From IMG/VR virus record IMGVR_UViG_3300017913_002163, positions 1-51,627 of that record: a stretch of DNA of 51,627 nucleotides. One strand, written 5' to 3'. The notes below the pieces were generated by a model that ran no database searches, was not told where the DNA came from, and saw only the letters and a program-made list of their open reading frames with translations. Positions 18,220-26,805 of the stretch are shown piece by piece. This DNA comes from a virus (taxonomy: Duplodnaviria; Caudoviricetes). Position 1 is the first letter of the stretch, and each line of letters begins with the position of its first letter. The position numbers and the translations under genes are program-made.

Positions 18220-19436
18220 GTAATTGTAACTCCTAAGTAATGGCTATTGACCTGAGTTTGTGTACCACCAGTAGGCACTCTCTGAGAATAGTAGTTATCG
18301 CCTGATTGATAGTTTCTTCGTGTTTGTGTTGGGTTGAGCAATCTCGTATCGAGCATAGCTGTACCAACTTGCTGACCAGTATTCCAATCATATGATACTC
18401 GATAGCCAGTAGTATTTGTTGCCACTTCTTGAGCACCGTTTTGAATCATACTATCAAACGTTGTTTTTGGCATAACCTTTAAGTCACCAGAATTTGTATG
18501 AGTCACAGGTATTGGATACTCTTGCGCAATCGGTGTACCAGAGGTGATCAGAGTCTTAGCAGCAAAGTTTGCACCTGCGCTATCTATAGTATTTACTAGG
18601 AAATTGATATCATTCTTTGGAGTTCTTCCACCAAGTTCAGTACCTAATATCTTAAATGTATCTGCTGGAGCATAGTTTTGTCCACCATCGTTGATAGACA
18701 ATTGGTATGTAGTGCCTACCTTTGATACATTTACCTTTAATCCAGTTCCGCTGGTGCTGATTGCTTGATATGTAACGTCAGTACGCTGATTAGTCACGCC
18801 GCTTTGGGCTTTTCTTACTAAATAATAGCTATTGATTACTGTACCCTGTGTGCGTGCTTCTGGTAATGCGCCTGATCCATAAGCAGATATATTTGCATTA
18901 TTATCTACATATACGGGTGTATTCGATACTCTTGAATATCCTGCAGGTGTAGCATTGTTCTGTGCTATCTGATATAAAGGATCTGCAGAAGCGCTAGAAA
19001 ATGACTGAACAGCTGGTTTAACAAAAGTATCTAAGAAGTCAGAATCCGTAAATGGTTCAAAGTTGCCGCTATCATTCATGTAGATTGGAGGATTAGTGCC
19101 AAAAGCACCAGTCTTAAATCCGCTCACGTTGAAACCACTCGCTGGGGGATTCAAAGTTTGATTAATGCGGCTATATTGAACAGTACCTGTAGATATATTA
19201 CCTAATGTTGCTGTATTATTTCCGAAATTTCTATTATTATTACGTACTGGACTCGCGATCACTTGTGTTTCAGATATATTGCCAAGGTTTCCACCTGAAT
19301 TGACTACCGTGAGTGTCACTGATGGAGATGCGAGAAATTGTCTTTTTACAGCAGCGTATATATCATTGAGTTCTGCAACCGAAAACTCCTGGAAATTCCC
19401 ACTGTCTGTATAATATAAAGGAGAGCGTACAGTCAT
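18216..19436 (-). CDS. Virion structural protein
   Basis: Three P.Y..DSGN(F)-like repeats; Thr/Asn/Gly-rich; lies in the late structural operon. Confidence 0.6.
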   Translation of the reverse strand: MTVRSPLYYTDSGNFQEFSVAELNDIYAAVKRQFLASPSVTLTVVNSGGNLGNISETQVIASPVRNNNRNFGNNTATLGNISTGTVQYSRINQTLNPPASGFNVSGFKTGAFGTNPPIYMNDSGNFEPFTDSDFLDTFVKPAVQSFSSASADPLYQIAQNNATPAGYSRVSNTPVYVDNNANISAYGSGALPEARTQGTVINSYYLVRKAQSGVTNQRTDVTYQAISTSGTGLKVNVSKVGTTYQLSINDGGQNYAPADTFKILGTELGGRTPKNDINFLVNTIDSAGANFAAKTLITSGTPIAQEYPIPVTHTNSGDLKVMPKTTFDSMIQNGAQEVATNTTGYRVSYDWNTGQQVGTAMLDTRLLNPTQTRRNYQSGDNYYSQRVPTGGTQTQVNSHYLGVTIT

Positions 19437-19982
19437 TTACTTACCTGGTGTATATAAAGTCTTTAGTGTAGTTCCTGCTGAATCGAGTATGAGAGTCGTA
19501 ACGAGCATAGCCATATGTCTGCTACCAATCGAGCTGTCATGAATCTCGTTACTGTCAATCGAACCATAAGGCAGAATCACATCTGTTGAATCACCTGTAA
19601 CCGTGATACGGTCAACAACTAGACCGCCATTGATTACAGCACCACTATCAACAGTAAGGTGATTGATATCAGCACTGTTAATCTGAGCATATGTTATATA
19701 TGCGCTATCTACATGTAAAGTGGTGATTACAGCCGAATCAACAGTCAAGAAGTTGATAACAGCACTATCAACTTTCATGAACGAGAAGTTAGCACTATCG
19801 CCGAGTGTTTGTACAGCAGAGTCGAGGTAGTTAATAGCAGATACTAAATTTGAATCAGAATTAGCTACTCTGATTGCTGCGTTTAGGTCGTCGAGGTCAC
19901 CTACATAGTCAGACATTGCATTCGTCTTTTGAACGAATGTGCCGATAGAATTAGATAGGTTTACTAATATTTTTCTTGGCAT
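19437..19982 (-). CDS. Virion fibre-like protein with 10-residue VDSA repeats
   Basis: N-terminal VNLS.S...F..KTN.....VGDL..L....NLVSAIN fibre motif, then periodic VDSAxI. Confidence 0.65.
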   Translation of the reverse strand: MPRKILVNLSNSIGTFVQKTNAMSDYVGDLDDLNAAIRVANSDSNLVSAINYLDSAVQTLGDSANFSFMKVDSAVINFLTVDSAVITTLHVDSAYITYAQINSADINHLTVDSGAVINGGLVVDRITVTGDSTDVILPYGSIDSNEIHDSSIGSRHMAMLVTTLILDSAGTTLKTLYTPGK

Positions 19983-20182
19983 TACAGTCTCTCTATGATT
20001 TTGGCGAGCATTGCTTTCATTTCACTTACATCATTCTTTAGATCTTCAATCTCTTGATCCTTCTCCTTGCGGAGTCTTTTCCTTTCGCGAGCAGCTTGTA
20101 TCTCACTCTTATTTATATTGTGTATTACACCGTTTTCATCGATGGCCATGTTATCATGACCTTGTATTTTAGATAGTTTCAT
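19982..20182 (-). CDS. Small coiled-coil protein conserved in T4-like marine phages
   Basis: GHDNM..D..GVI.N.N...EIEDLK.DVSEMK.ML; usually found after VrlC-like genes. Confidence 0.7.
   Translation of the reverse strand: MKLSKIQGHDNMAIDENGVIHNINKSEIQAARERKRLRKEKDQEIEDLKNDVSEMKAMLAKIIERL
20110..20117 (-). promoter_or_regulatory. Internal T4-type late promoter
   Basis: Exact TATAAATA about 130 nt upstream of the 19982 start. Confidence 0.55.
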
Positions 20183-21762
20183 GTTGCTAATGCTATAGTT
20201 CTCAAGTCCTTAAATACTGGTACACGTGCGTTATTAGTTGATCTCATTACAATTTTTAATTGATATTGAGAAAACGCGGCTAGTTGACCACCTCTTCCAC
20301 CGATTAGATATTCGTGTTCTCTAAATACAAGAGGATTATCATCTTTAGCGAATGCTGTTTCTGGAGAAATTAAATTAAATTCTTCTTCTCTTAAATCACC
20401 ATCACCTGTTGTCGTTCTATAAAACAATTGATAATCACACGCAGATGGGACGTTAGCTGCTAAGATGACTTTTAATCCAACTGCATCTTCTCGTAATTTT
20501 ACTGGCGTAGTAATATGCTTTGCTGCAGCACTACCACCAATTTTTTCTTCTTCACCAACATAAAATACAGGAGTATTAAATCCAGTTCTAGTAGCAGAAT
20601 CTTGTTTGTCAATCATATTATGAATTAGAGATATTGAACTACGCTGAAGATCTACCATTGGAGAAACAACTGTATTATCAGAAGACAACTCAATACTTAA
20701 ATCCATAGATTTTACGCCGCCTGATAACTCAACCGCTTCTATTGAATCTGCCATAACAACTTGAGGAGCTTGTAGATTAAAACTTGTATTATTCAAAGCA
20801 ATCGTATTATAATTAGCAGACTTAGTATAAGGAGTTTCTAAGCCAGCGAAAGATTTGCCAGTAGATGTTTTAATTCGAGATGCAGAGCCAGTACCACCAG
20901 GTGATAAGATTTGAGTATGTGGATATATCGCTGAAAACGGCATATTTCTCAAACTTTGTACTGCGCTTCCTCCTCCTACAGCGTCTGCATTTGCATTAGA
21001 ACCACAGTCAAACTCAAACCCTGTAGCATCAACTTTAGTAATTGTATGATCATCATTTAGCGCAGCAGCTCCAATATTAGCAAACCCAACTGCACCAGTA
21101 ATAGCAACTTCATCACCTACAGTAAGTCCATGACCTGGTAAATATACGTAAACTTCAGAAGCCCCATTTACTACTCGCATTGGATCATTAACTAATTTGT
21201 GCCGAGGTACAGTAGCATTGTGTAATATAACCTCTGCGGTCTTATGTCTAAATTCTGCTCTATACAATTCAAACTTGAGATCCTGCTTTTGATTAGCAGT
21301 AAAGGTGGCTCCATTTTGAGAATAAAATAAGCTACCAATACTCGGATTTTTGGATACACGTAGAGAGTTAGAACCAAGGATTTGTTTATCAATCTCAGAT
21401 ATGAAAACTTCATAATCTGGTACTTCTGAATATAGAACTATAGCATAATCTCTCAAACCGTCGAGGAATACTGGTTCATCAAATACAAAGTCCGTTCCAG
21501 TAGTTCCGTTTGTGGAAACGTTTATGGAGCTTGAGTTCAAGTATTTAACAGAACCCGGAACGATATCTGTTATTGAAGGCAATCCGTTTCGCATAGGACG
21601 CAGTTGCACCGAAACTTGAGGTACGTATGTGGCGCTTGGATTAACACGACTCTTAAAGAATAATGTTATCTTAGTTACAAATATGCCAGTTGGCTCATCG
21701 ATGTAAATCGATTGAGCGATGGGATTTTTACTAGATATGTAACCGAGTGAATTTACTGCCAT
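20179..21762 (-). CDS. VrlC-like virion protein, C-terminal half
   Basis: NPIAQS.YI....GIFVTKI.LFF, GSLF.SQNG.T....Q..DLKF.LYRA.F, ends P.FKDLR.IAL. Confidence 0.75.
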   Translation of the reverse strand: MAVNSLGYISSKNPIAQSIYIDEPTGIFVTKITLFFKSRVNPSATYVPQVSVQLRPMRNGLPSITDIVPGSVKYLNSSSINVSTNGTTGTDFVFDEPVFLDGLRDYAIVLYSEVPDYEVFISEIDKQILGSNSLRVSKNPSIGSLFYSQNGATFTANQKQDLKFELYRAEFRHKTAEVILHNATVPRHKLVNDPMRVVNGASEVYVYLPGHGLTVGDEVAITGAVGFANIGAAALNDDHTITKVDATGFEFDCGSNANADAVGGGSAVQSLRNMPFSAIYPHTQILSPGGTGSASRIKTSTGKSFAGLETPYTKSANYNTIALNNTSFNLQAPQVVMADSIEAVELSGGVKSMDLSIELSSDNTVVSPMVDLQRSSISLIHNMIDKQDSATRTGFNTPVFYVGEEEKIGGSAAAKHITTPVKLREDAVGLKVILAANVPSACDYQLFYRTTTGDGDLREEEFNLISPETAFAKDDNPLVFREHEYLIGGRGGQLAAFSQYQLKIVMRSTNNARVPVFKDLRTIALAT

Positions 21763-21778
21763 TTTTAATCCTTACTTA

Positions 21779-24700
21779 CTATACATGATAGCCAAACGAA
21801 CCGCCGCCACCCCATGGATCACCGCCGCCGTCGTAGTCTTGTCTACCCGAGCCACCACTATTTGAGTATCCACCGCCGGTTGTGCCATCGCTGCTATAAT
21901 GATTAGGAACATAATCATTATCTCCGCCACCGCCGCCTCCGCCGCCGCCTCCTCCGCCGCCACCGCCGGAGTAATAGTAAATTGTTTCTGTTGTCTTAGA
22001 ACCTTCTATTTCTAGTACACGGGTTGATTTGATATCTTGGTGAACTGTATCTAAATATCCTTGAGCAGTATATACTCCTCTAGCAATGGTTCCAGCTAAT
22101 TCTTCCCTATCAATTGTAATATCAAGAATCTTAATTTCGTGACTACCAGCTCTATATTTATAGTAACTATTATTCGGTATCATAAATGATATATCTACTT
22201 CGCCATTCGCATTAGTAATCAAAGCAGTAGCACCATCAGGATGCGATATTAAGCCCTTTAATGTATTACCATAATCTTTTGTGGTAGAACTGTACCTTGT
22301 AAATGGTGCTTCTCTTACATAATCTTCTAAACGATCACCATCAAAGAATACAGCAACGTTAGCATTTGGCCTTAGACCTCTTGCTTTAATTGACACTATA
22401 CGAGATCTAATATAAGGTAATAGAGCAATATTTAATACTCTTTGACCAATTACTTCTAGCAAAGTAGACTCAGAAACTACTTTATTAACAGTCTTAGTTT
22501 TTGTACTGCCAGAAGTTTTAGTGATTGTATTTGTGTTATCGCCTACTTGCAATTCATCGATATTCTTACCGCCCCAATTCCATGACCAATTATCCCAATT
22601 CAAGGCATTATTTGTGGCTAACTTTGTACCACCGTCAATCATTGTCTTTGAAGCAACTTCAATATCTCTCCACTCATCTGAAGCTGGTGATATTACTACA
22701 TTACCTTCATATGTTGACGTTGTAAATGGGTTAATCTTAGTAGACAAGCAAGCAAAAGGCTGATCTAAATATTTTGTTTCGTTATACTTTACGTAGACAT
22801 TATCGCCCTTTAATATAGTATTTGTTGATGATGCAGAGTCATAAATCAAACGAATATTATTTTCTATAAATCCTGGCCGCATATGACCTTTTAGTGGATC
22901 AATAGATGCTCTATAGCCTGCACCTGGTACTCTATCGATGCGGCTATGATCATAGAAATTATCTACAAAGATACCAGCTCTTGTTCTATCTAGTCCTGCA
23001 GAGTCGTATACTTGATAAGTTAAGATACTATTTTCAAGGGCATTTAATGCTACTGCTTCTTCTAGCTTATCAATTCTGTCTTCGATCATACCAATGTCTT
23101 TCATCGTATATCTCTTATGATCGATGATTGAAACTGATAAATCGCTATCGTTTAGAGTATTAGCATTTAATCTAAATTTATATAATGGCAAACCAATGAT
23201 AGAGCTTTGATCTACTGTTGGAAGTTGAGCTGGATCACCTAAAGTTACAACAAAATTGTTTTCTTTATCAATCGAAAGTATACCAGCTTGAGCATTATAA
23301 TAGGTGTTATCTGACGTAACTACTGTTGCTGGCTGTGGTAAGTAAGAAACACCAGAAGTAGCAAAATTACCAGCAGAATCGTTTGATACAGGACGAAAAT
23401 CTAATACGTCTCTCATATCTACGCGTTCACCAAATGCATTACGATAATCAGGTATATCTTCGTAGTTTACTGCGCCGTTATAGCTGTTTACTGCAAAGAA
23501 ATTTCCTGAACCATGACTAAAGTAATCAAAGCGTACATAAACGTTCCCTGAAGGAGCAGTTGCTCCTGGTCTTAGCAGTAGCCGTGAGAAGTTGTACATA
23601 TTATCACGACGGCCGTCATCAAATGCAAATCTATCTCTGATATCAATCCCGTTTGAATCTGTTAATTTAATAGCTTTAATGTTGTGAACGTCAGGTACAT
23701 CTAAGTTAATTTGCTGTTGACCATTTACAGTTTCAATATTCTTATAAATTCTTGTATCAGTTTGATTTGTCTTTGTACGGATAACTGCTGAAGGTTCTTG
23801 AACATAGACATATGCTTTAATAGCGGTAGAAGTTGGAAGGCCAGTTACGGTTGTTGTCCCACTACCAACATTTAGTCCGCCTAAGGTACTATTATCGATA
23901 GCACCAGTGGGGGTGAGAAATACCCAATCGTTTGCATTATCAAGTGTACCAATACTACTTACATCAACAGTAAGCTGGCCACCTGCAGTTGATGTTCCAG
24001 AAATATAATATTGATGTGTTAATGATGCATCAGCTATAGAGCTAGGCCTAGTACCCTGTAAAGGGAAGATTAAGCTATGATTTGTTCTATCAGCTAATGT
24101 AGTATTATTTGATAATCTGAGAGGATTGAAGTATTGACCTGATCCTGTGCCAATACTCTTAACTTCACGGAAGTTACTACCAGCATTCATTTGAATATCA
24201 AAGAGAGAATAACGTAAGCTATTACCACCCACATCAGTAATAGCTCTTACTCTTGCAGTACCAATCGTTGAACCAAGATAATCTGCAGAGTCACGTAGAT
24301 TTAGTAGCTCCATAGTATTTGTATTTGGACCACTTACAGATGAATCTCTATGTACTTCTACGTAGTTACCAAAATCAACACCAGTAGCTTCATTAGTAAT
24401 TTCATATGTAGTAGTTGGTTTTTTTACTCTTATCTTAGTAGGAGTTGTACGAGCAACACGATACCCCTCAATTACTCCAATACCATCGCTAATATTCATG
24501 AGAAGATGAGTATTAGCAGAATCTTCTTCAAATAATAACTTAAACGGTTTAACTATATAATCGCCTGAGTTTTCTTTTATACGTAAAGCTAAAAGATCAC
24601 GTGGTATTCTAAACTGTGTAACATATGCATCTCCAACTGCATTGAATACTACGCCATTTTGTACTGTAGCTACATGAACAAAGTTCTCACCAGAAGGTAC

Positions 24701-25447
24701 ATCAGCTTTTTCGATAATCTCTAATCGAACACGGTATCGATCAGCGCCCGGTGCTGTCAAGTTTGGATTAGTACCTTGGTTATCATATAATGCGTTTGTG
24801 TCATTAACCGTAATGATATCTTGTATGATCTTAAATCCTACATCACCATTAGCAATGTCGCTATACTTATCAAGTATTAAACTTTGTTCTTCTGTCCAAA
24901 GGAATAAACCTTGACTATAGAAAATCGATTCTCCAACAGTTACGAGAGTTCCTCGGCCAACAGCAGGATTAGCTGTAGTGTCGATGATTTGAACAATGAG
25001 GCCACCACCTAAGCTTTCTCCAGGAGTAAATCGAGGTGAGCTAGTAGTAAGGGCAATATTTGTAGTATTATTATAGCGAACGAAGATTGTAGCAGGATCA
25101 CTGCCGGTTGCAGCTACAACATCTAAGACTACCGCTGTTACTCCTGATGTGGCTCCTGTTAATATTGATCCAACCGTTGCCGTTGTAGTAGTCGACGTTG
25201 GGTCTAGTTTAACAAATTCATAAGCATTATCAATTGTAAATCCACCAGCTTTGACTACTGCGCCTTCTTTTAATACTGAACTACCAAATCTTTCAACCTG
25301 TGTTTGTATGATAGTCTGCATCTGTGTAAGTTCACGAGCTTGCAGAGCTTTACCACTATTAAATAAGATACGATAATAACCGTCACTATCAGTGAAGTCA
25401 TCTTTATATCTTGTGCTAAAGGTAGTTTCGTTAAAATTAAGTGGCAT
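21779..25447 (-). CDS. VrlC-like (DUF4815) virion protein, N-terminal half
   Basis: Y.DDF....YYRILF..G.ALQARELTQ.Q, APGADR, RYTMKDIG.IE.RI..LE, G.FVDNF; Gly-rich C-terminal tail. Confidence 0.85.
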   Translation of the reverse strand: MPLNFNETTFSTRYKDDFTDSDGYYRILFNSGKALQARELTQMQTIIQTQVERFGSSVLKEGAVVKAGGFTIDNAYEFVKLDPTSTTTTATVGSILTGATSGVTAVVLDVVAATGSDPATIFVRYNNTTNIALTTSSPRFTPGESLGGGLIVQIIDTTANPAVGRGTLVTVGESIFYSQGLFLWTEEQSLILDKYSDIANGDVGFKIIQDIITVNDTNALYDNQGTNPNLTAPGADRYRVRLEIIEKADVPSGENFVHVATVQNGVVFNAVGDAYVTQFRIPRDLLALRIKENSGDYIVKPFKLLFEEDSANTHLLMNISDGIGVIEGYRVARTTPTKIRVKKPTTTYEITNEATGVDFGNYVEVHRDSSVSGPNTNTMELLNLRDSADYLGSTIGTARVRAITDVGGNSLRYSLFDIQMNAGSNFREVKSIGTGSGQYFNPLRLSNNTTLADRTNHSLIFPLQGTRPSSIADASLTHQYYISGTSTAGGQLTVDVSSIGTLDNANDWVFLTPTGAIDNSTLGGLNVGSGTTTVTGLPTSTAIKAYVYVQEPSAVIRTKTNQTDTRIYKNIETVNGQQQINLDVPDVHNIKAIKLTDSNGIDIRDRFAFDDGRRDNMYNFSRLLLRPGATAPSGNVYVRFDYFSHGSGNFFAVNSYNGAVNYEDIPDYRNAFGERVDMRDVLDFRPVSNDSAGNFATSGVSYLPQPATVVTSDNTYYNAQAGILSIDKENNFVVTLGDPAQLPTVDQSSIIGLPLYKFRLNANTLNDSDLSVSIIDHKRYTMKDIGMIEDRIDKLEEAVALNALENSILTYQVYDSAGLDRTRAGIFVDNFYDHSRIDRVPGAGYRASIDPLKGHMRPGFIENNIRLIYDSASSTNTILKGDNVYVKYNETKYLDQPFACLSTKINPFTTSTYEGNVVISPASDEWRDIEVASKTMIDGGTKLATNNALNWDNWSWNWGGKNIDELQVGDNTNTITKTSGSTKTKTVNKVVSESTLLEVIGQRVLNIALLPYIRSRIVSIKARGLRPNANVAVFFDGDRLEDYVREAPFTRYSSTTKDYGNTLKGLISHPDGATALITNANGEVDISFMIPNNSYYKYRAGSHEIKILDITIDREELAGTIARGVYTAQGYLDTVHQDIKSTRVLEIEGSKTTETIYYYSGGGGGGGGGGGGGGGDNDYVPNHYSSDGTTGGGYSNSGGSGRQDYDGGGDPWGGGGSFGYHV
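21923..21967 (-). repeat. (GGN)15 poly-glycine tract
   Basis: 15 consecutive Gly codons, mostly GGC; a very GC-rich patch in AT-rich DNA. Confidence 0.95.
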
Positions 25448-25456
25448 GACTAATCC

Positions 25457-26803
25457 TTAAAACTGTAGAATGATCTTTACATCTTCAGATTGAACAGCTG
25501 ATCGCAGCACAGGTGATCTATTGTCTATGTATAATATGTCACCAGTGTTTCTATCAACTTCAGCTTCAATCAAAGCTGAGTCAATAATACCAGAGCCTGC
25601 ACCGTTTGCTTCTGTTAGTGCTTCACCATCTTGGAAGGCTGTATGTCCAGTGCTATCTGTTTGGTGATAGTAGATCACGTTTGAATCTACGTCATCGATA
25701 TATGCTTCAGCGAGTGTGGTTGTACCGCGAATCTTTTTATCTCTTGTGAATGAAGTAACGATAGTGCTCAAAGTCATACGGTTCAATGTATTACCAGTTG
25801 TGTTTGTAAACACAGCACCACTACTATCTTTAATGTCTTTGATAAGAGTTACTTGTCTAAAATCTTGACCAACAATGAAGTTACTATCAGTTCCTTCAAT
25901 ACGGCTGTGGAACATGATTGATCCTGATTTCAAATCTACTCGAGCATCAGCACCGATACCAGAGTCCGGACCAAGGACTGGACGAGCCGTAGCTTGTGTG
26001 CTGGCTCCACCACCAGTAAGTTTTACTTGTGCAACTGTATATCCACTACCTAATACTTGAGTTGTGCCTGAATCCGACATCTTAATCCATGCTAGTGTAC
26101 CAGTAGCAGAGTCGATTCTCGCATGCGCCCTAGCTCCTGTACCAGTACCCGTAATAGTTACGGTTGGATTAGATGTGTAACCTGAACCAACAGATGTGAT
26201 AACAACAGAAGTCACTGCTCCAGGAATTGCTGTATCTTGAATTTCTTCTTGTTTCAATTGAATGCCGGTTGAGTTCGAATCAGTTGCTGTTTGTTGCTTC
26301 ACAGGCATATAGTTAGAAGACATAAAGTTATTTGCTCGTTCAGCACTTACGGTGAACAAGAACTTCCAAACATATCCATCACTCAATCTAAATGAATGAT
26401 TATTTGCTGCCGTTGGTTCCACTGTCGATGGCACAGCAACACCATTATTGTTACGACCAGTTTCTAAACAAATATACACATTATTGTTATCGTTCATCAC
26501 ATAGTATGGTTGTGTTGGATAACCTGATACTGTGTTGTCGTATTGAGAATAGATTGTACCGCTTGACCAATTATAGCGTGGAACGACGAGTGAAGTTGCT
26601 TGTACCTTCTTCACAGACTGCATCTGATTCCGTGCGCCGGCGATTTCGGTCGGAGTGTTAGTAGGTGTAGGTACGTTATCTGCACTATCCCATACTTCTG
26701 AACGGCCAATGCCTACATAGTAACGTGCAGTTGCATTGACAAAGTTATCAAAAAACTGACGAGCAAGAAGGGTTCGGAGTGAGTCGGTTACAATTGCTGG
26801 CAT
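25457..26803 (-). CDS. gp8: Baseplate wedge subunit gp8
   Basis: MPAIVT..LR, VVPRYNW.SG..Y, YYVMN...VYICL, DGYVWKFLF, G.ILYIDNR.P..R...Q.ED.KIILQF. Confidence 0.92.
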   Translation of the reverse strand: MPAIVTDSLRTLLARQFFDNFVNATARYYVGIGRSEVWDSADNVPTPTNTPTEIAGARNQMQSVKKVQATSLVVPRYNWSSGTIYSQYDNTVSGYPTQPYYVMNDNNNVYICLETGRNNNGVAVPSTVEPTAANNHSFRLSDGYVWKFLFTVSAERANNFMSSNYMPVKQQTATDSNSTGIQLKQEEIQDTAIPGAVTSVVITSVGSGYTSNPTVTITGTGTGARAHARIDSATGTLAWIKMSDSGTTQVLGSGYTVAQVKLTGGGASTQATARPVLGPDSGIGADARVDLKSGSIMFHSRIEGTDSNFIVGQDFRQVTLIKDIKDSSGAVFTNTTGNTLNRMTLSTIVTSFTRDKKIRGTTTLAEAYIDDVDSNVIYYHQTDSTGHTAFQDGEALTEANGAGSGIIDSALIEAEVDRNTGDILYIDNRSPVLRSAVQSEDVKIILQF

Positions 26804-26805
26804 GA

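Noticed and set aside
21772-21963. 63-aa Ala-rich ORF (MAAEEAAAEAA...)
   Set aside because: Alternative-frame reading of the poly-Gly tract inside the VrlC-like gene.
22155-22162. TATAAATA inside the VrlC-like gene
   Set aside because: About 390 nt from the next start, within AT-rich coding sequence; may be chance.
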